Shown: in pieces, positions 27,685 to 37,913 of the stretch
Numbering within the stretch: position 1 is the first letter of the stretch
Layout of the letters: each line of letters starts with the position of its first letter
NCBI GenBank assembly: GCA_023227985.1
Contig: JALOCB010000003.1
Coordinates: forward strand, 5,260 to 69,259
Source of the DNA: Candidatus Omnitrophota bacterium
GTDB lineage: Bacteria; Omnitrophota; Gorgyraeia; Gygaellales; Profunditerraquicolaceae
Length of the DNA: 64,000 nt
Direction of reading: 5' to 3'
Notes under the pieces: generated by a model
Databases searched by the model: none
Told to the model about the DNA's origin: nothing
Seen by the model: only the letters and a program-made list of their open reading frames with translations
Translations under genes and position numbers: made by a program

Positions 27685-29303
27685 AGATAAAAAACGGAAC
27701 GCAAGCGGTAATGTCGTTTTTTGCGGTATTGATTTCTATGTGTTACGCGGTTTCTGCCTTTTCCCAGCCGCAGCCGGCTTGCTGCGGGGATCTGCTTAAG
27801 CGGGCAAATTCTTCCGTGAACAGCCGGGAGCTTTTTGTTGATTTTCAGTCCTGCCAGGCCGAATACCTTAAGGATGGACGTTACAGCAACTTCGTGGATT
27901 TCTTAAAGGGCCTGGGACAGAAGAAAAAGGGCCTGGAGCCGCTCATTAATTATTTTACCGGCTTGACCCGTTATCTGCAGATGAGATTCCTGGAAGAAAA
28001 ACAGGCCTGGGATGAATATTTCAGCCAGGGCAATAATTACCGCGACGAGATCTCCGCGTCCCTGGATAAAGCGGTTAAATCCACTGACGCGAATGAGGCG
28101 TTGAATATTCACGCCCGGCTGATATTGTGGCGGTTCCATTATGACCAGCAGGATGTGTTCGCGGAACAATCCCTGACGGATCTGTTTAACTCCGCGATCG
28201 AATACGCAAAGACCGGGCAGGACCTGTCTGTGGTGAAAAAGACCGCGGACACCCTGATTTCTTACGGGGAGAGGTCAAAAGCGGCCCAGTTATACAAGCT
28301 TTATATTAACACGGTGATCGCCGCCGGGACAAAAGCCGATGATATAAAAGCTTTGGCTTTAGGGTTTTTAAATGAGGGCAATATTGAATTGGCCCAAACC
28401 GCCTTTGACAGCTATATAAAGAAGGTGATCGAGACCTTCACCGCTGAAGAAAAAGCCGCGGCTTTGAGAGAGGTGGCGCTTTTATTCGCCTGGAAGGAGC
28501 CGGAGGCTAAGGACGGTTTATACGCGGAGAAGATATTCAAAGCGATGGAAGAGGGGTGCGGTAAAGACGCATTTGATGAGGAGCTTTTGTATCTAAGGGC
28601 GTATAACCTGGAGCGGGTCAAGGAATACTCGTCCGCCAAGGATGTTTATATAGAACTTTTGACCCGTTTCCCGCAGACCCAATACGCGCAAACCTGCGCT
28701 TATAAGATCGGGTTGATCGCGTTATACATCGATAGGGATGAAAGCACAGCCAGGCAGTATTTTGAAAAGGGCGTTCAGGGCGATCCTTCCGGATCATCGG
28801 GGCTTTCCAGCTTATATCAATTGGGGGTATTGACCCAGTGGGAAGATGAGCTTACCCGGGCCCAGGGTTATTATGATAAACTGATCGAAAACGCGCAAGG
28901 CAGCGGTTTTTCGGATATCGTTGCCTTGACCAAAGACAGGCAAGCCGAGATCAACAGCGAAAAACCTTTGGATAACAACATCAAGATCATGCTGGACCTG
29001 GCTTTGAAGCCGGATAATTCCAATCTGGATATGTCTAAGGTGCAGACTAAAGTTTCTCCGTCAGTGTCCGGGATAGACGGGGAATTTACCATAACCTCCA
29101 GCGCGACCTCGCCGCAAAGCGGATGTATGCAGGTGGCTTTGGACTATATATGGGCGGGTGATCTGGGAAAAATAACCCCTTCCGCCGACTCGTCCGCGTT
29201 AACCGTTGCTTATTCCGATCCCGGGACAAAGATAGTCGGTCTTGTAGTTATGTGCCCCTATGGGGTATTGGACAGGAGCATTGATATAATCGACGTTGAA
29301 TAA
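27681..29303 (+). CDS. Hypothetical secreted helical-repeat (TPR-like) protein
   Basis: Signal peptide MSFFAVLISMCYAVSAFSQP. Helix-rich repetitive composition. Last gene of the sugar-utilisation cluster. Confidence 0.45.
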   Translation: MKIKNGTQAVMSFFAVLISMCYAVSAFSQPQPACCGDLLKRANSSVNSRELFVDFQSCQAEYLKDGRYSNFVDFLKGLGQKKKGLEPLINYFTGLTRYLQMRFLEEKQAWDEYFSQGNNYRDEISASLDKAVKSTDANEALNIHARLILWRFHYDQQDVFAEQSLTDLFNSAIEYAKTGQDLSVVKKTADTLISYGERSKAAQLYKLYINTVIAAGTKADDIKALALGFLNEGNIELAQTAFDSYIKKVIETFTAEEKAAALREVALLFAWKEPEAKDGLYAEKIFKAMEEGCGKDAFDEELLYLRAYNLERVKEYSSAKDVYIELLTRFPQTQYAQTCAYKIGLIALYIDRDESTARQYFEKGVQGDPSGSSGLSSLYQLGVLTQWEDELTRAQGYYDKLIENAQGSGFSDIVALTKDRQAEINSEKPLDNNIKIMLDLALKPDNSNLDMSKVQTKVSPSVSGIDGEFTITSSATSPQSGCMQVALDYIWAGDLGKITPSADSSALTVAYSDPGTKIVGLVVMCPYGVLDRSIDIIDVE

Positions 29304-29322
29304 CCGCCTGCCACGGTAGGTA

Positions 29323-29362
29323 AAACAAAAAACCCGCTCAAAATTCCGAGCGGGTTTTTTGT
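29323..29362. terminator. Bidirectional rho-independent terminator
   Basis: aaaacaaaaaacccgctcaaaattccgagcgggttttttgtt: an A-tract, a 9-bp GC-rich stem, and a T-tract. It serves the + strand TPR gene and the - strand tRNA-fMet. Confidence 0.8.
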
Positions 29363-29408
29363 TGGAAATTGCGGGGGCCAGATTTGAACTGACGGCCTTC
29401 AGGTTATG

Positions 29409-30033
29409 CTTGCTACTACAGCTTTAGCTGCTCCGCTATCAAGCGGATTCGTAGTCTGGACTATATCTTGACCAACTATCGTTGGCCCCTGCCGTTTAGT
29501 CTCTACACTTTTCTCCGTTGCCGGAGACTTAGCTCGGTATTACCTTGACTTGCGTCGAGGGTTTCACCGAATTTGACAGGATATCCTTCAACCGTTACCG
29601 GTTGAGGAGCCCTTCGGACAATAAACTCCATCGTTGCCTGTACAGTGCGGACATCGGTTTGCGCTGTCGTTTGCCGCTTTCGACTAAACTGATGGTGCTG
29701 CCGAATTTGGTAAAGACAGAGCAGGGGACGATGTAGAACACATTCAGGGGTTCGATTACAGCACCGCAAAATCGAAATCATCCGCGTCATATCTCGCCCG
29801 CAACATCCTTCGTCTGTTCGTCTTGGTCCGTCTGACATCGACACAATACATGTCGTTTTTCTGGTCGAACCAAGCGCTTTTGACTTGAATGCGCAGAAGT
29901 TTACCATCCAGGTCGATCGCCAGATCATAAGGGAGGCGATCCCCGAACGGTTTGAGCACCCTGAACCCTTGTTTCAGGAGTTCAGTGATGACGGCAGATT
30001 CTGCGATGTCAGATTTGAGTTTTTTATCCATTG
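29409..30033 (-). ncRNA. Group I intron (IC3-like) inserted between U33 and C34 of the tRNA-fMet anticodon loop
   Basis: Exon ends with U at -1 and the intron ends with G (omega G). The core elements GUCAAAUUCGGUGAAACC, CCGAGCUAAG, GUGUAGAGACUAAACGGCAGGGG (R/P7) and AAGAUAUAGUCCAGAC (S/P7') closely match the Azoarcus tRNA-Ile and cyanobacterial tRNA IC3 introns. A 91-codon ORF occupies the 5' part of the intron. Confidence 0.8.
29756..30031 (-). CDS. Intron-encoded ORF (91 aa), putative PD-(D/E)xK-like homing endonuclease
   Basis: The AUG is at intron nucleotides 3-5 (CA-AUGGAUAAAAAA), in frame with the upstream exon. Sequence MDKKLKSDIAESAVITELLKQGFRVLKPFGDRLPYDLAIDLDGKLLRIQVKSA..., with E...PYD...IDLDGK / IQVK resembling a restriction-endonuclease-fold core. 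The analogous cyanobacterial tRNA-fMet intron encodes the PD-(D/E)xK enzyme I-Ssp6803I. The six-frame ORF 29756..30061 is this ORF spuriously extended into the tRNA exon. Confidence 0.45.
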   Translation of the reverse strand: MDKKLKSDIAESAVITELLKQGFRVLKPFGDRLPYDLAIDLDGKLLRIQVKSAWFDQKNDMYCVDVRRTKTNRRRMLRARYDADDFDFAVL

Positions 30034-30126
30034 AGCCTGACGAGCTACCGGACTGCTCCACCCCGCGAATCTATTATGAAAGAACAGGTATATTTTACTC
30101 TTATTTTAAAGAGTTCAAAGCCTTAT

Positions 30127-31688
<1,562 letters not shown>

Positions 31689-31855
31689 TTAAATGGTTAT
31701 CAGATTGAAGAATTTTAACACACAAACTTTGCCCGGTCAAGACAATTAAATGGGCATACCGGCGCAGTAGTTGTTGACTTGTGGTTTCGGATATGCTATC
31801 TTTGGGGGGTAGGGAAGTCAGGAACGGCGGGTATGCCGCCCAGAAAGGTTAAATT

Positions 31856-33514
31856 ATGAATTGGAAAAAGTTTAAATTCCTGGTTAGTTTGTATTGGGTC
31901 CGGGTGCTGGTGATCGGGGCGTGTATAGCGTTGCTGGTGTCCTTGACAGTCATTATCATCAACGGCTTAAAGGCCTGGAATGCGTCTGAATCTTATCTGC
32001 GGCAGTCGCAATTGGCCTCTGTGCCTTTACAGATGTTCACCTGGGGGATAATGGGGATCATCCAGGCGACCATATATGTTTTCATGATGTACTGGCTTTT
32101 TTATAAAAGAGGATCCAGTTCTTTTACCCAGACCAATAAAAAAGCCATTGCGGGAGAAGAGCTGAAAGTCACCTGGAATGACGTTATCGGGATGGATGAG
32201 GCAAAGCAGGAGGCTTTGGAAATCGTCAAATTGATCACCGACCGGGCGGAACTGCAGCGCATCGGCGGAAAGATATTAAGAGGAATACTGATGATGGGCC
32301 CTCCGGGCTGCGGCAAGACTTATTTAGCCAAAGCCATTGCCACCGAGGCTAAGCTTCCGTTCATTTCCATGTCCGGTTCGGAATTCGTGGAGATGTTCGT
32401 CGGCGTGGGGGCGGGCAGGATCCGCAGCCTCTTTAAAAGGGCCAGGCAGTTCGCGGAGTTGAAAGGCGGCTGCATAATCTTTATCGATGAAATAGACGCA
32501 GTCGGCGCGCAAAGATCGGTTGATCGCGGTTTCGGCGGCCAGACCGAGGCGAATACCACGGTAAATCAGCTATTGGTCGAAATGGACGGGTTAAAGGAAA
32601 AAGACACGAATATCGTGATCATCGGCGCCACTAATGCCCCGGAGCGTTTTCTGGACGCGGCGCTTTTGCGCCCGGGCAGGTTCGACCGGAAGATACACGT
32701 GGATAAGCCCAATCTTGAAGACCGGCAGAAGCTTTTTGAATATTACCTTAAGACCGTTAAATACGACCAGGCAAACGTCAAGGTGGACCGGCTGTCCAGG
32801 ATCACCGTTGGCCAGAGCCCTGCGGATATCGCCAATATCGTCCGGGAAGCGGCGCTTATTACCATACGTACCAGAAAATCCCTGATAACTATGCAGGAAA
32901 TAGACGAGGCCAGGGAGAGGATCGCCTTAGGTATTAAACGCAGGATAAAATTAAGGGATGAAGAAAAATTGCAGGCGGCTTATCATGAAGCAGGGCATGC
33001 CATTGTCACCTATTTAATGGTGCCTACCCAGGACGTGTTCAAGATCACTATTACCCCCCGAGGGCACACCGGCGGAGTGACCTGGATACCGCAGAGGGAA
33101 GAGATATTCATCCGCGACCAAAAGCAGCTTTTAAACACGATAAAGATATGCCTGGGCTCGTACGCCGCGGAAAAGCTGGAGTTGGGGATCACTACCGCCG
33201 GGGTAAGCGGAGACTTCAGCGAGGCGTTGTTAATCGCCCATAATATGGCCTGGAGTTGGGGCATGGGCAAATCCGGTCTGCTGGGTAATTTTGAAGCGCT
33301 GGATTCGCACGCGCATATGTCGGACGGTACAAAAATGAGATTGGATGCCGATGTGCAGGAGATACTCCAGTCCTGCCTGAAGGAAGTAGAGGAATTGTTA
33401 AAAAAAGAAGAGCCATTACTTAAGCGGCTGGCCGAAGAATTGATCGCCAAAGAAGAACTGAACTATGACGAGATCGAAGGTATTTTTAAGGAATTCGGCA
33501 AAGCTAGGCCTTAA
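31856..33514 (+). CDS. ftsH: ATP-dependent zinc metalloprotease FtsH-like (AAA+ ATPase + M41 protease)
   Basis: Two N-terminal TM helices. Walker A GPPGCGKT, Walker B IIFIDEID, SRH region. Zinc motif HEAGHAIV. Confidence 0.85.
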   Translation: MNWKKFKFLVSLYWVRVLVIGACIALLVSLTVIIINGLKAWNASESYLRQSQLASVPLQMFTWGIMGIIQATIYVFMMYWLFYKRGSSSFTQTNKKAIAGEELKVTWNDVIGMDEAKQEALEIVKLITDRAELQRIGGKILRGILMMGPPGCGKTYLAKAIATEAKLPFISMSGSEFVEMFVGVGAGRIRSLFKRARQFAELKGGCIIFIDEIDAVGAQRSVDRGFGGQTEANTTVNQLLVEMDGLKEKDTNIVIIGATNAPERFLDAALLRPGRFDRKIHVDKPNLEDRQKLFEYYLKTVKYDQANVKVDRLSRITVGQSPADIANIVREAALITIRTRKSLITMQEIDEARERIALGIKRRIKLRDEEKLQAAYHEAGHAIVTYLMVPTQDVFKITITPRGHTGGVTWIPQREEIFIRDQKQLLNTIKICLGSYAAEKLELGITTAGVSGDFSEALLIAHNMAWSWGMGKSGLLGNFEALDSHAHMSDGTKMRLDADVQEILQSCLKEVEELLKKEEPLLKRLAEELIAKEELNYDEIEGIFKEFGKARP

Positions 33515-34349
33515 TATATGCGTCTTTATATTCGCCTGCCTGGGTTGTTCGGCATCTCTCGTTCCCACCTATTCCAAATCCGAAGTTGAAAAAGCTATCA
33601 CCGGTATATTGAGCGTCGAGTATAAAGATGACGCCGTGGCGAAGCTCGCCGGTTCCACGCTGTGGGTATATCTCCCGATGGAAGATATATTCGAAAAAGC
33701 CGAAAAGCCGGAAAAAAACCTGGAGAAATTCATCATTGAAAAGAACACCGCCCGGTTCCTCGGCGACCAGGTGCACTGCGTCTATCGGATAAAAGCCATC
33801 CCGGAAAGGCAGACAAGCCAGGAATATGTCTTCAGCAAGAAGGCTCGGGAAAAGATGAGCAACGCTATCCAGGTATTGCGCCGGGTTATCTTAAGCATCG
33901 ACCGCGGCGAGCGCAATGAGATAAAATTCTTCATCCTGGCCGCCTCAGACATAAATAACGGGATGGAGCTCACAGAGACAATATACGCCCCGGACCTGCT
34001 AAAGGTCAGTTATGGGGCGATCTCTCCGGGGGAATACCAGCACAGAATAAGCATTAACTACGGGGTTAACCCCGGGGCGGTAGGCGATAAGGATGGCAGG
34101 CACTTGGAATATAAGGACCTGACTTTAAGGGAGTTTATTTCACGCCAGATAATCCAGCGGATCGCCTTGAAATTCCAAAAACCCGAGGTGGAGCAGAGCG
34201 CGGATGTGGATAAGGAGGTCGCCAGGATCATCGGCGATACATTGAGGATCTACCGGGTAAGGAATGTTTCCCGCGCATGGCTGGATAATCTGTTCACCAA
34301 AAGCAGGGTTGAATTGACGCATTCCCAGATCTACAATAAGAGGGATTGA
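33465..34349 (+). CDS. Hypothetical lipoprotein (294 aa)
   Basis: Lipobox-like FACLGCSAS after a hydrophobic stretch. The listed ATG overlaps the ftsH 3' end by 50 nt. Confidence 0.45.
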   Translation: MTRSKVFLRNSAKLGLNICVFIFACLGCSASLVPTYSKSEVEKAITGILSVEYKDDAVAKLAGSTLWVYLPMEDIFEKAEKPEKNLEKFIIEKNTARFLGDQVHCVYRIKAIPERQTSQEYVFSKKAREKMSNAIQVLRRVILSIDRGERNEIKFFILAASDINNGMELTETIYAPDLLKVSYGAISPGEYQHRISINYGVNPGAVGDKDGRHLEYKDLTLREFISRQIIQRIALKFQKPEVEQSADVDKEVARIIGDTLRIYRVRNVSRAWLDNLFTKSRVELTHSQIYNKRD

Positions 34350-34958
34350 TCAGAGGATTTTTACTTTCCTGCCGTTGACCTTTAATCTCCGCGACAAGAA
34401 TAATTTTATCGCCTGAGGATAAAGTTTGTGCTCGGCCCGGTGTATCCTGGCTTCCAGGTTTTTCAGGGTGTCTTGTCTGTTTATCCCCACCGCGGATTGC
34501 AGGATGATCGGGCCATGGTCCGTTTCTTCATCGACGAAATGCACGGTCACGCCGGTGAATCTTACCCCGTAGTCAAAAGCGTCTTTTATCCCGTGTTCCC
34601 CCTTAAACGCGGGAAGCAGAGAGGGATGGATATTGATTATCCGGTTGGGGTAAGCGCGGATAAAAGACGGCGATAATATGCGCATGAACCCTGCCAGGAC
34701 TATCAGGTCTATTTTGGAGTTTTTGAGATGTTTTATGATCCCGGCTTCAAACGCCTCTTTTGAGGGGAAATCCTTTCTTGGGGCCAACAGGATATTTATT
34801 CCCGCTTTCTTCGCTTTCCCCAATACCGGGGCTTTTGGGGTATCGCATACAAGCAGTTTAAGCGAAGATCCCTTAAGAACGCCTTTTTTGACCGCCTGGG
34901 CTATCGCCGAAAAATTACTTCCTTTTCCTGAAGCGAATACCGCGATATTCTTTTTCAT
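34350..34958 (-). CDS. purN: Phosphoribosylglycinamide formyltransferase
   Basis: IAVFASGKGSNF, LAGFMRIL, NIHPSLLPAFKG. These are the formyl-transferase folate-binding motifs. Confidence 0.85.
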   Translation of the reverse strand: MKKNIAVFASGKGSNFSAIAQAVKKGVLKGSSLKLLVCDTPKAPVLGKAKKAGINILLAPRKDFPSKEAFEAGIIKHLKNSKIDLIVLAGFMRILSPSFIRAYPNRIINIHPSLLPAFKGEHGIKDAFDYGVRFTGVTVHFVDEETDHGPIILQSAVGINRQDTLKNLEARIHRAEHKLYPQAIKLFLSRRLKVNGRKVKIL

Positions 34959-34985
34959 TTGGAAACCGCCTGTGTTATAAATCGT

Positions 34986-35774
34986 TTATTTTACGATCGT
35001 GATCGTTTTTGCCGGGCATACCTTTACGCACTCCCCGCACGAGGTGCATTTATTATGGTCTATTACCGCCAGGTAATCTATTACGTGGATCGCGTCGTAT
35101 TTACAGGCCTTTTCGCATATCTTGCAGGCGATGCATCCTACCGGGCAGACTGTTTTAGTATCTTTCCCCGGTTCATGCAAAGAACAGGCCGCAATGACTT
35201 TATTGTTAATGGGTACCAGGCTGAACAGTTTTTTAGGGCATACCTGCGCGCATTTATTGCAGGCCTTGCATTTTTGGATATCCACTACCGGAAGCCCTTC
35301 TTCCGACATCGTAATCGCTGAGAAAGGGCAGGCTTTGGCGCAGGTCCCGAATCCCAAACATCCCTCAAGACATTGTTTCTGGCCGCCTAAGTGCAGTTTA
35401 GCGGATAAACAGTCTTTTACCCCTTTATAGATGAATCTGTCTTTTACTTTTTTCCCGCCGTTGCAGCGCAGTCGGGCCACTTTCTTGATCTTTTTCTCGA
35501 GCTTTTGCCCCAGCAATACCGCGATAGCCTCTTTAACCTTGTCATCCGCCACCTTGCATCCGTCAGCCAGGACTTTTTCTTCAAGTAAAGCCTCGGCAAA
35601 ACCGGCGCATCCTGCCTGGCCGCAGGCGCCGCAGTTCACGCCCGGCAATATCCCCTGGATCTTTTCCAAGCGGGGGTCGACCTTGACCTCGAATTTTTTC
35701 GAGGCAAAAGCCAGGCCTATGCCGAATAAAAGGCCCAGTAGTCCCAGAGACATTACAGGTAATAGTATATCCAT
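34986..35774 (-). CDS. rnfB: Rnf electron-transport complex subunit B (polyferredoxin)
   Basis: N-terminal TM segment. CGACGQAGCAGFAEA motif plus several CxxCxxCxxxCP 4Fe-4S motifs. Last gene of the rnf cluster. Confidence 0.75.
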   Translation of the reverse strand: MDILLPVMSLGLLGLLFGIGLAFASKKFEVKVDPRLEKIQGILPGVNCGACGQAGCAGFAEALLEEKVLADGCKVADDKVKEAIAVLLGQKLEKKIKKVARLRCNGGKKVKDRFIYKGVKDCLSAKLHLGGQKQCLEGCLGFGTCAKACPFSAITMSEEGLPVVDIQKCKACNKCAQVCPKKLFSLVPINNKVIAACSLHEPGKDTKTVCPVGCIACKICEKACKYDAIHVIDYLAVIDHNKCTSCGECVKVCPAKTITIVK

Positions 35775-35776
35775 AA

Positions 35777-36385
35777 TTAGAATTTAAACCCGTTGAATCC
35801 CATAAAGCTTAAGCTCATGATCCCGGCGATGATAAAACCAAGCGGAAAATCCTTCAAGGCCTTGGGGACGTCGCAAAGTTCCAGCCTTTCCCTGATCCCG
35901 GACATTAGAAGCATGGCCAAGGTGAAGCCCAGGCCTGCGCAGACCGCTTGAAAAACAGAATAAAGGAAGCTTGCTGGGACAGCTTTGCCTTGAGCAAAGA
36001 ACATATCCGAATTCAAAACAGCCACGCCCAGTACCGCGCAATTTACCGTGATCAACGGAAGGTATATCCCGAAAAAGCGGTAAAGCGCCGGAGCGAATTT
36101 CCTTATCATCATTTCCACCAATTGAACGAACGCGGCAATTACCAGGATGAAAGAGATCGTCCGCAGATAGGTGATGTTGAAAGGTATAAGAAGAAAACGG
36201 TAAATGAACCAGGTGATGATCGAAGACATCGTGATAACGAACATTACCGCGAAACTCATTGCCAGCGCCGGTTTGGTTTGTTTGGAGATAGCGATAAAAG
36301 AGCACAAGCCCAGGAACCGCGAAAGGATCACATTGTTGATGAATACCGCGGAGATAAATATGGTCAGGAATACGGCTATACTCAT
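35777..36385 (-). CDS. rnfA: Rnf complex subunit A
   Basis: A ~200-aa polytopic membrane protein paralogous to the RnfE ORF immediately upstream. The A/E order matches rnfCDGEAB. Confidence 0.85.
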   Translation of the reverse strand: MSIAVFLTIFISAVFINNVILSRFLGLCSFIAISKQTKPALAMSFAVMFVITMSSIITWFIYRFLLIPFNITYLRTISFILVIAAFVQLVEMMIRKFAPALYRFFGIYLPLITVNCAVLGVAVLNSDMFFAQGKAVPASFLYSVFQAVCAGLGFTLAMLLMSGIRERLELCDVPKALKDFPLGFIIAGIMSLSFMGFNGFKF

Positions 36386-36975
36386 TTATCCCTTCTTTTT
36401 ATGACATTGAACAATCCCAAAAGCAATCCGATCACCAGAAGCGCGCCTGACGGCATCGCAATGACAGCCGCCGGTTCAAATCCCTTGACAATATTCAGGC
36501 CGAAGATCTTGCCGGCTCCCGCTAATTCCCGGATCCCGGAGATAAGCAAAAGAGCCAGGGTAAAGCCTATGCCCATTCCGATGCCGTCGAACAGGGAATG
36601 CCAGATATTGTTCTTGGAGGCGAATGCCTCTGCCCGCCCGAGGACCATGCAATTGACCACTATCAAGGGCACGTATATCCCCAGCGCCCGGTTCAGGGCC
36701 GGGCTGTAAGCCTTCATCAGCAGTTCGGTAATGGTGACGAAGGTGGCTATCACCACTATGAAACAGGGTATGCGGATCTTATTCGGGACGAAACCCTTGA
36801 TCATCGATATGATGATATTGGAAAATACCAGGACAAAGGTCGCGGCGGCCCCCATCCCCAGGCCGTTGATCATGGATATGGAAACCGCCAGGGTAGGACA
36901 GAGGCCCAGCGCCAGGACAAAGGTGGGGTTTTCTTTGATTATGCCTTTAACGCATTCTTGGAAGATATTTTTCAC
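36382..36975 (-). CDS. rnfE: Rnf complex subunit E
   Basis: Polytopic membrane protein related to the adjacent RnfA. It sits in the rnfCDGEAB arrangement. Confidence 0.85.
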   Translation of the reverse strand: MKNIFQECVKGIIKENPTFVLALGLCPTLAVSISMINGLGMGAAATFVLVFSNIIISMIKGFVPNKIRIPCFIVVIATFVTITELLMKAYSPALNRALGIYVPLIVVNCMVLGRAEAFASKNNIWHSLFDGIGMGIGFTLALLLISGIRELAGAGKIFGLNIVKGFEPAAVIAMPSGALLVIGLLLGLFNVIKRRDK

Positions 36976-37913
36976 TTTACTCCGTAGACCCTGTTCTTGG
37001 TGAAACGGTCGATCAATGGCGCGGCGGCGTTCATCATCAGTATGGCGTAAGAAACGCCTTCAGGGTATCCGCCCCAGACCCGGATGACCGCGGTCAGCAG
37101 GCCGCAACCGACGCCGAAAATAATATGGCCTTTGCGCGTCAAAGGCGATGTGACATAATCCGTGGCCATGAAAAAAGCACCCAGGACCAGCCCTCCGGAG
37201 AGGATATGAAAAACCCAGTCCCCGGTGAATAGGTTTTTCCCGGCGAATAAATAGGTGAATATGCCGGTAGTGGCGATAAAACTTAAAGGTATATGCCAGG
37301 AGATATAGCCTCTTAAGAGAAGAAAGGCTGCGCCTAAGATGAGCGCCAGTATGCTTACTTCTCCTATACAGCCGCTGTGATTGCCCAGAAAAAGGTTGAA
37401 ATAATTGATATGCTCGATGGCTTTGCCTTCTTTAAGCAGGGCCAGAGGGGTAGCCTGGGTCACAGTGTCATAGGTTAAAGGCTGAATGAACGTGGTCATA
37501 TATTTTGGCCAGGAGGCCAGCAGGAATACCCTGCCAACCAGAGCCGGGTTGAAGATATTCTGTCCCAGTCCTCCAAAAACCATTTTTCCTAAAGCGATGG
37601 CTACGAAAGAGCCGACTATCGGTATCCAGAAAGGAACGCTCGGGCCGAGGTTATAGGCTAAAAGCAGCCCGGTCAGGAACGCGCTGCCGTCTAAAACAGA
37701 GACTTTGCGTTTGGTGATCAGCTGAATGCCGGTTTCGGTGATCAGCGCGGAGGCTATAGCCAGAAGGATAATCCAGAGCGCCTGGTTGCCGAAAATCCAT
37801 ATGCCTGAAAGCCCTGCCGGGGCCAGGCTTAGGGCCACCAGCCACATTATCCGGCTCGTTGATTCCCGGGTGTGCATATGCGGAGAGCCGCTGACTATAA
37901 GCTTAGTTCCCAT
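36972..37913 (-). CDS. rnfD: Rnf complex subunit D (NqrB family)
   Basis: 313-aa polytopic membrane protein between rnfC and rnfG. Glycine-rich conserved TM segments typical of RnfD/NqrB. Confidence 0.8.
   Translation of the reverse strand: MGTKLIVSGSPHMHTRESTSRIMWLVALSLAPAGLSGIWIFGNQALWIILLAIASALITETGIQLITKRKVSVLDGSAFLTGLLLAYNLGPSVPFWIPIVGSFVAIALGKMVFGGLGQNIFNPALVGRVFLLASWPKYMTTFIQPLTYDTVTQATPLALLKEGKAIEHINYFNLFLGNHSGCIGEVSILALILGAAFLLLRGYISWHIPLSFIATTGIFTYLFAGKNLFTGDWVFHILSGGLVLGAFFMATDYVTSPLTRKGHIIFGVGCGLLTAVIRVWGGYPEGVSYAILMMNAAAPLIDRFTKNRVYGVK

Larger units (their letters stand above)
29369..30067 (-). tRNA. Initiator tRNA-fMet(CAU) split by a group I intron. 5' exon 30034..30067, 3' exon 29369..29408.
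   Basis: Spliced sequence CGCGGGGUGGAGCAGUCCGGUAGCUCGUCAGGCU|CAUAACCUGAAGGCCGUCAGUUCAAAUCUGGCCCCCGCAA is nearly identical to E. coli tRNA-fMet (CGCGGGGUGGAGCAGCCUGGUAGCUCGUCGGGCUCAUAACCCGAAGGUCGUCGGUUCAAAUCCGGCCCCCGCAA), including the C1xA72 mismatch. The stem changes are compensatory (UCAGG/CCUGA). CCA is not encoded. Confidence 0.85.

Noticed and set aside
29369-29760. tmRNA (ssrA) hypothesis. The region has a tRNA-like 3' end (GUCAGUUCAAAUCUGGCCCCCGCAA), is ~400 nt long, and contains a UAGUAG double stop.
   Set aside because: No 5' acceptor strand complementary to CCCCGCA lies within 400 nt. No convincing tag ORF ending in ALAA/VAA was found. The tRNA-like end is fully explained as the 3' exon of tRNA-fMet, and the upstream sequence matches group I intron core elements instead.
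29503-29928. 141-aa and 63-aa ORFs (29503..29928 minus; 29545..29736 plus) inside the intron
   Set aside because: They overlap the conserved group I intron catalytic core (P4-P7) and the homing-endonuclease ORF. They carry no motifs. They are taken as chance ORFs in structured RNA.
29756-30061. The six-frame ORF giving 101 aa, starting 30 nt upstream of the chosen start (MEQSGSSSGS...)
   Set aside because: The first 10 codons are the tRNA-fMet 5' exon (GUGGAGCAGUCCGGUAGCUCGUCAGGCUCA) read as protein. The real start is the AUG at intron nucleotides 3-5.
33465-33514. Gene overlaps at listed starts: lipoprotein vs ftsH (50 nt), GH paralog 26332 vs 26372, Fe-S protein 50788 vs mnmG 50825
   Set aside because: These are not taken as programmed frameshifts or real long overlaps. 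They are most likely ORF-track starts upstream of the true initiation codons. The true codons may be alternative GTG/TTG starts, or may lie further into the ORF.
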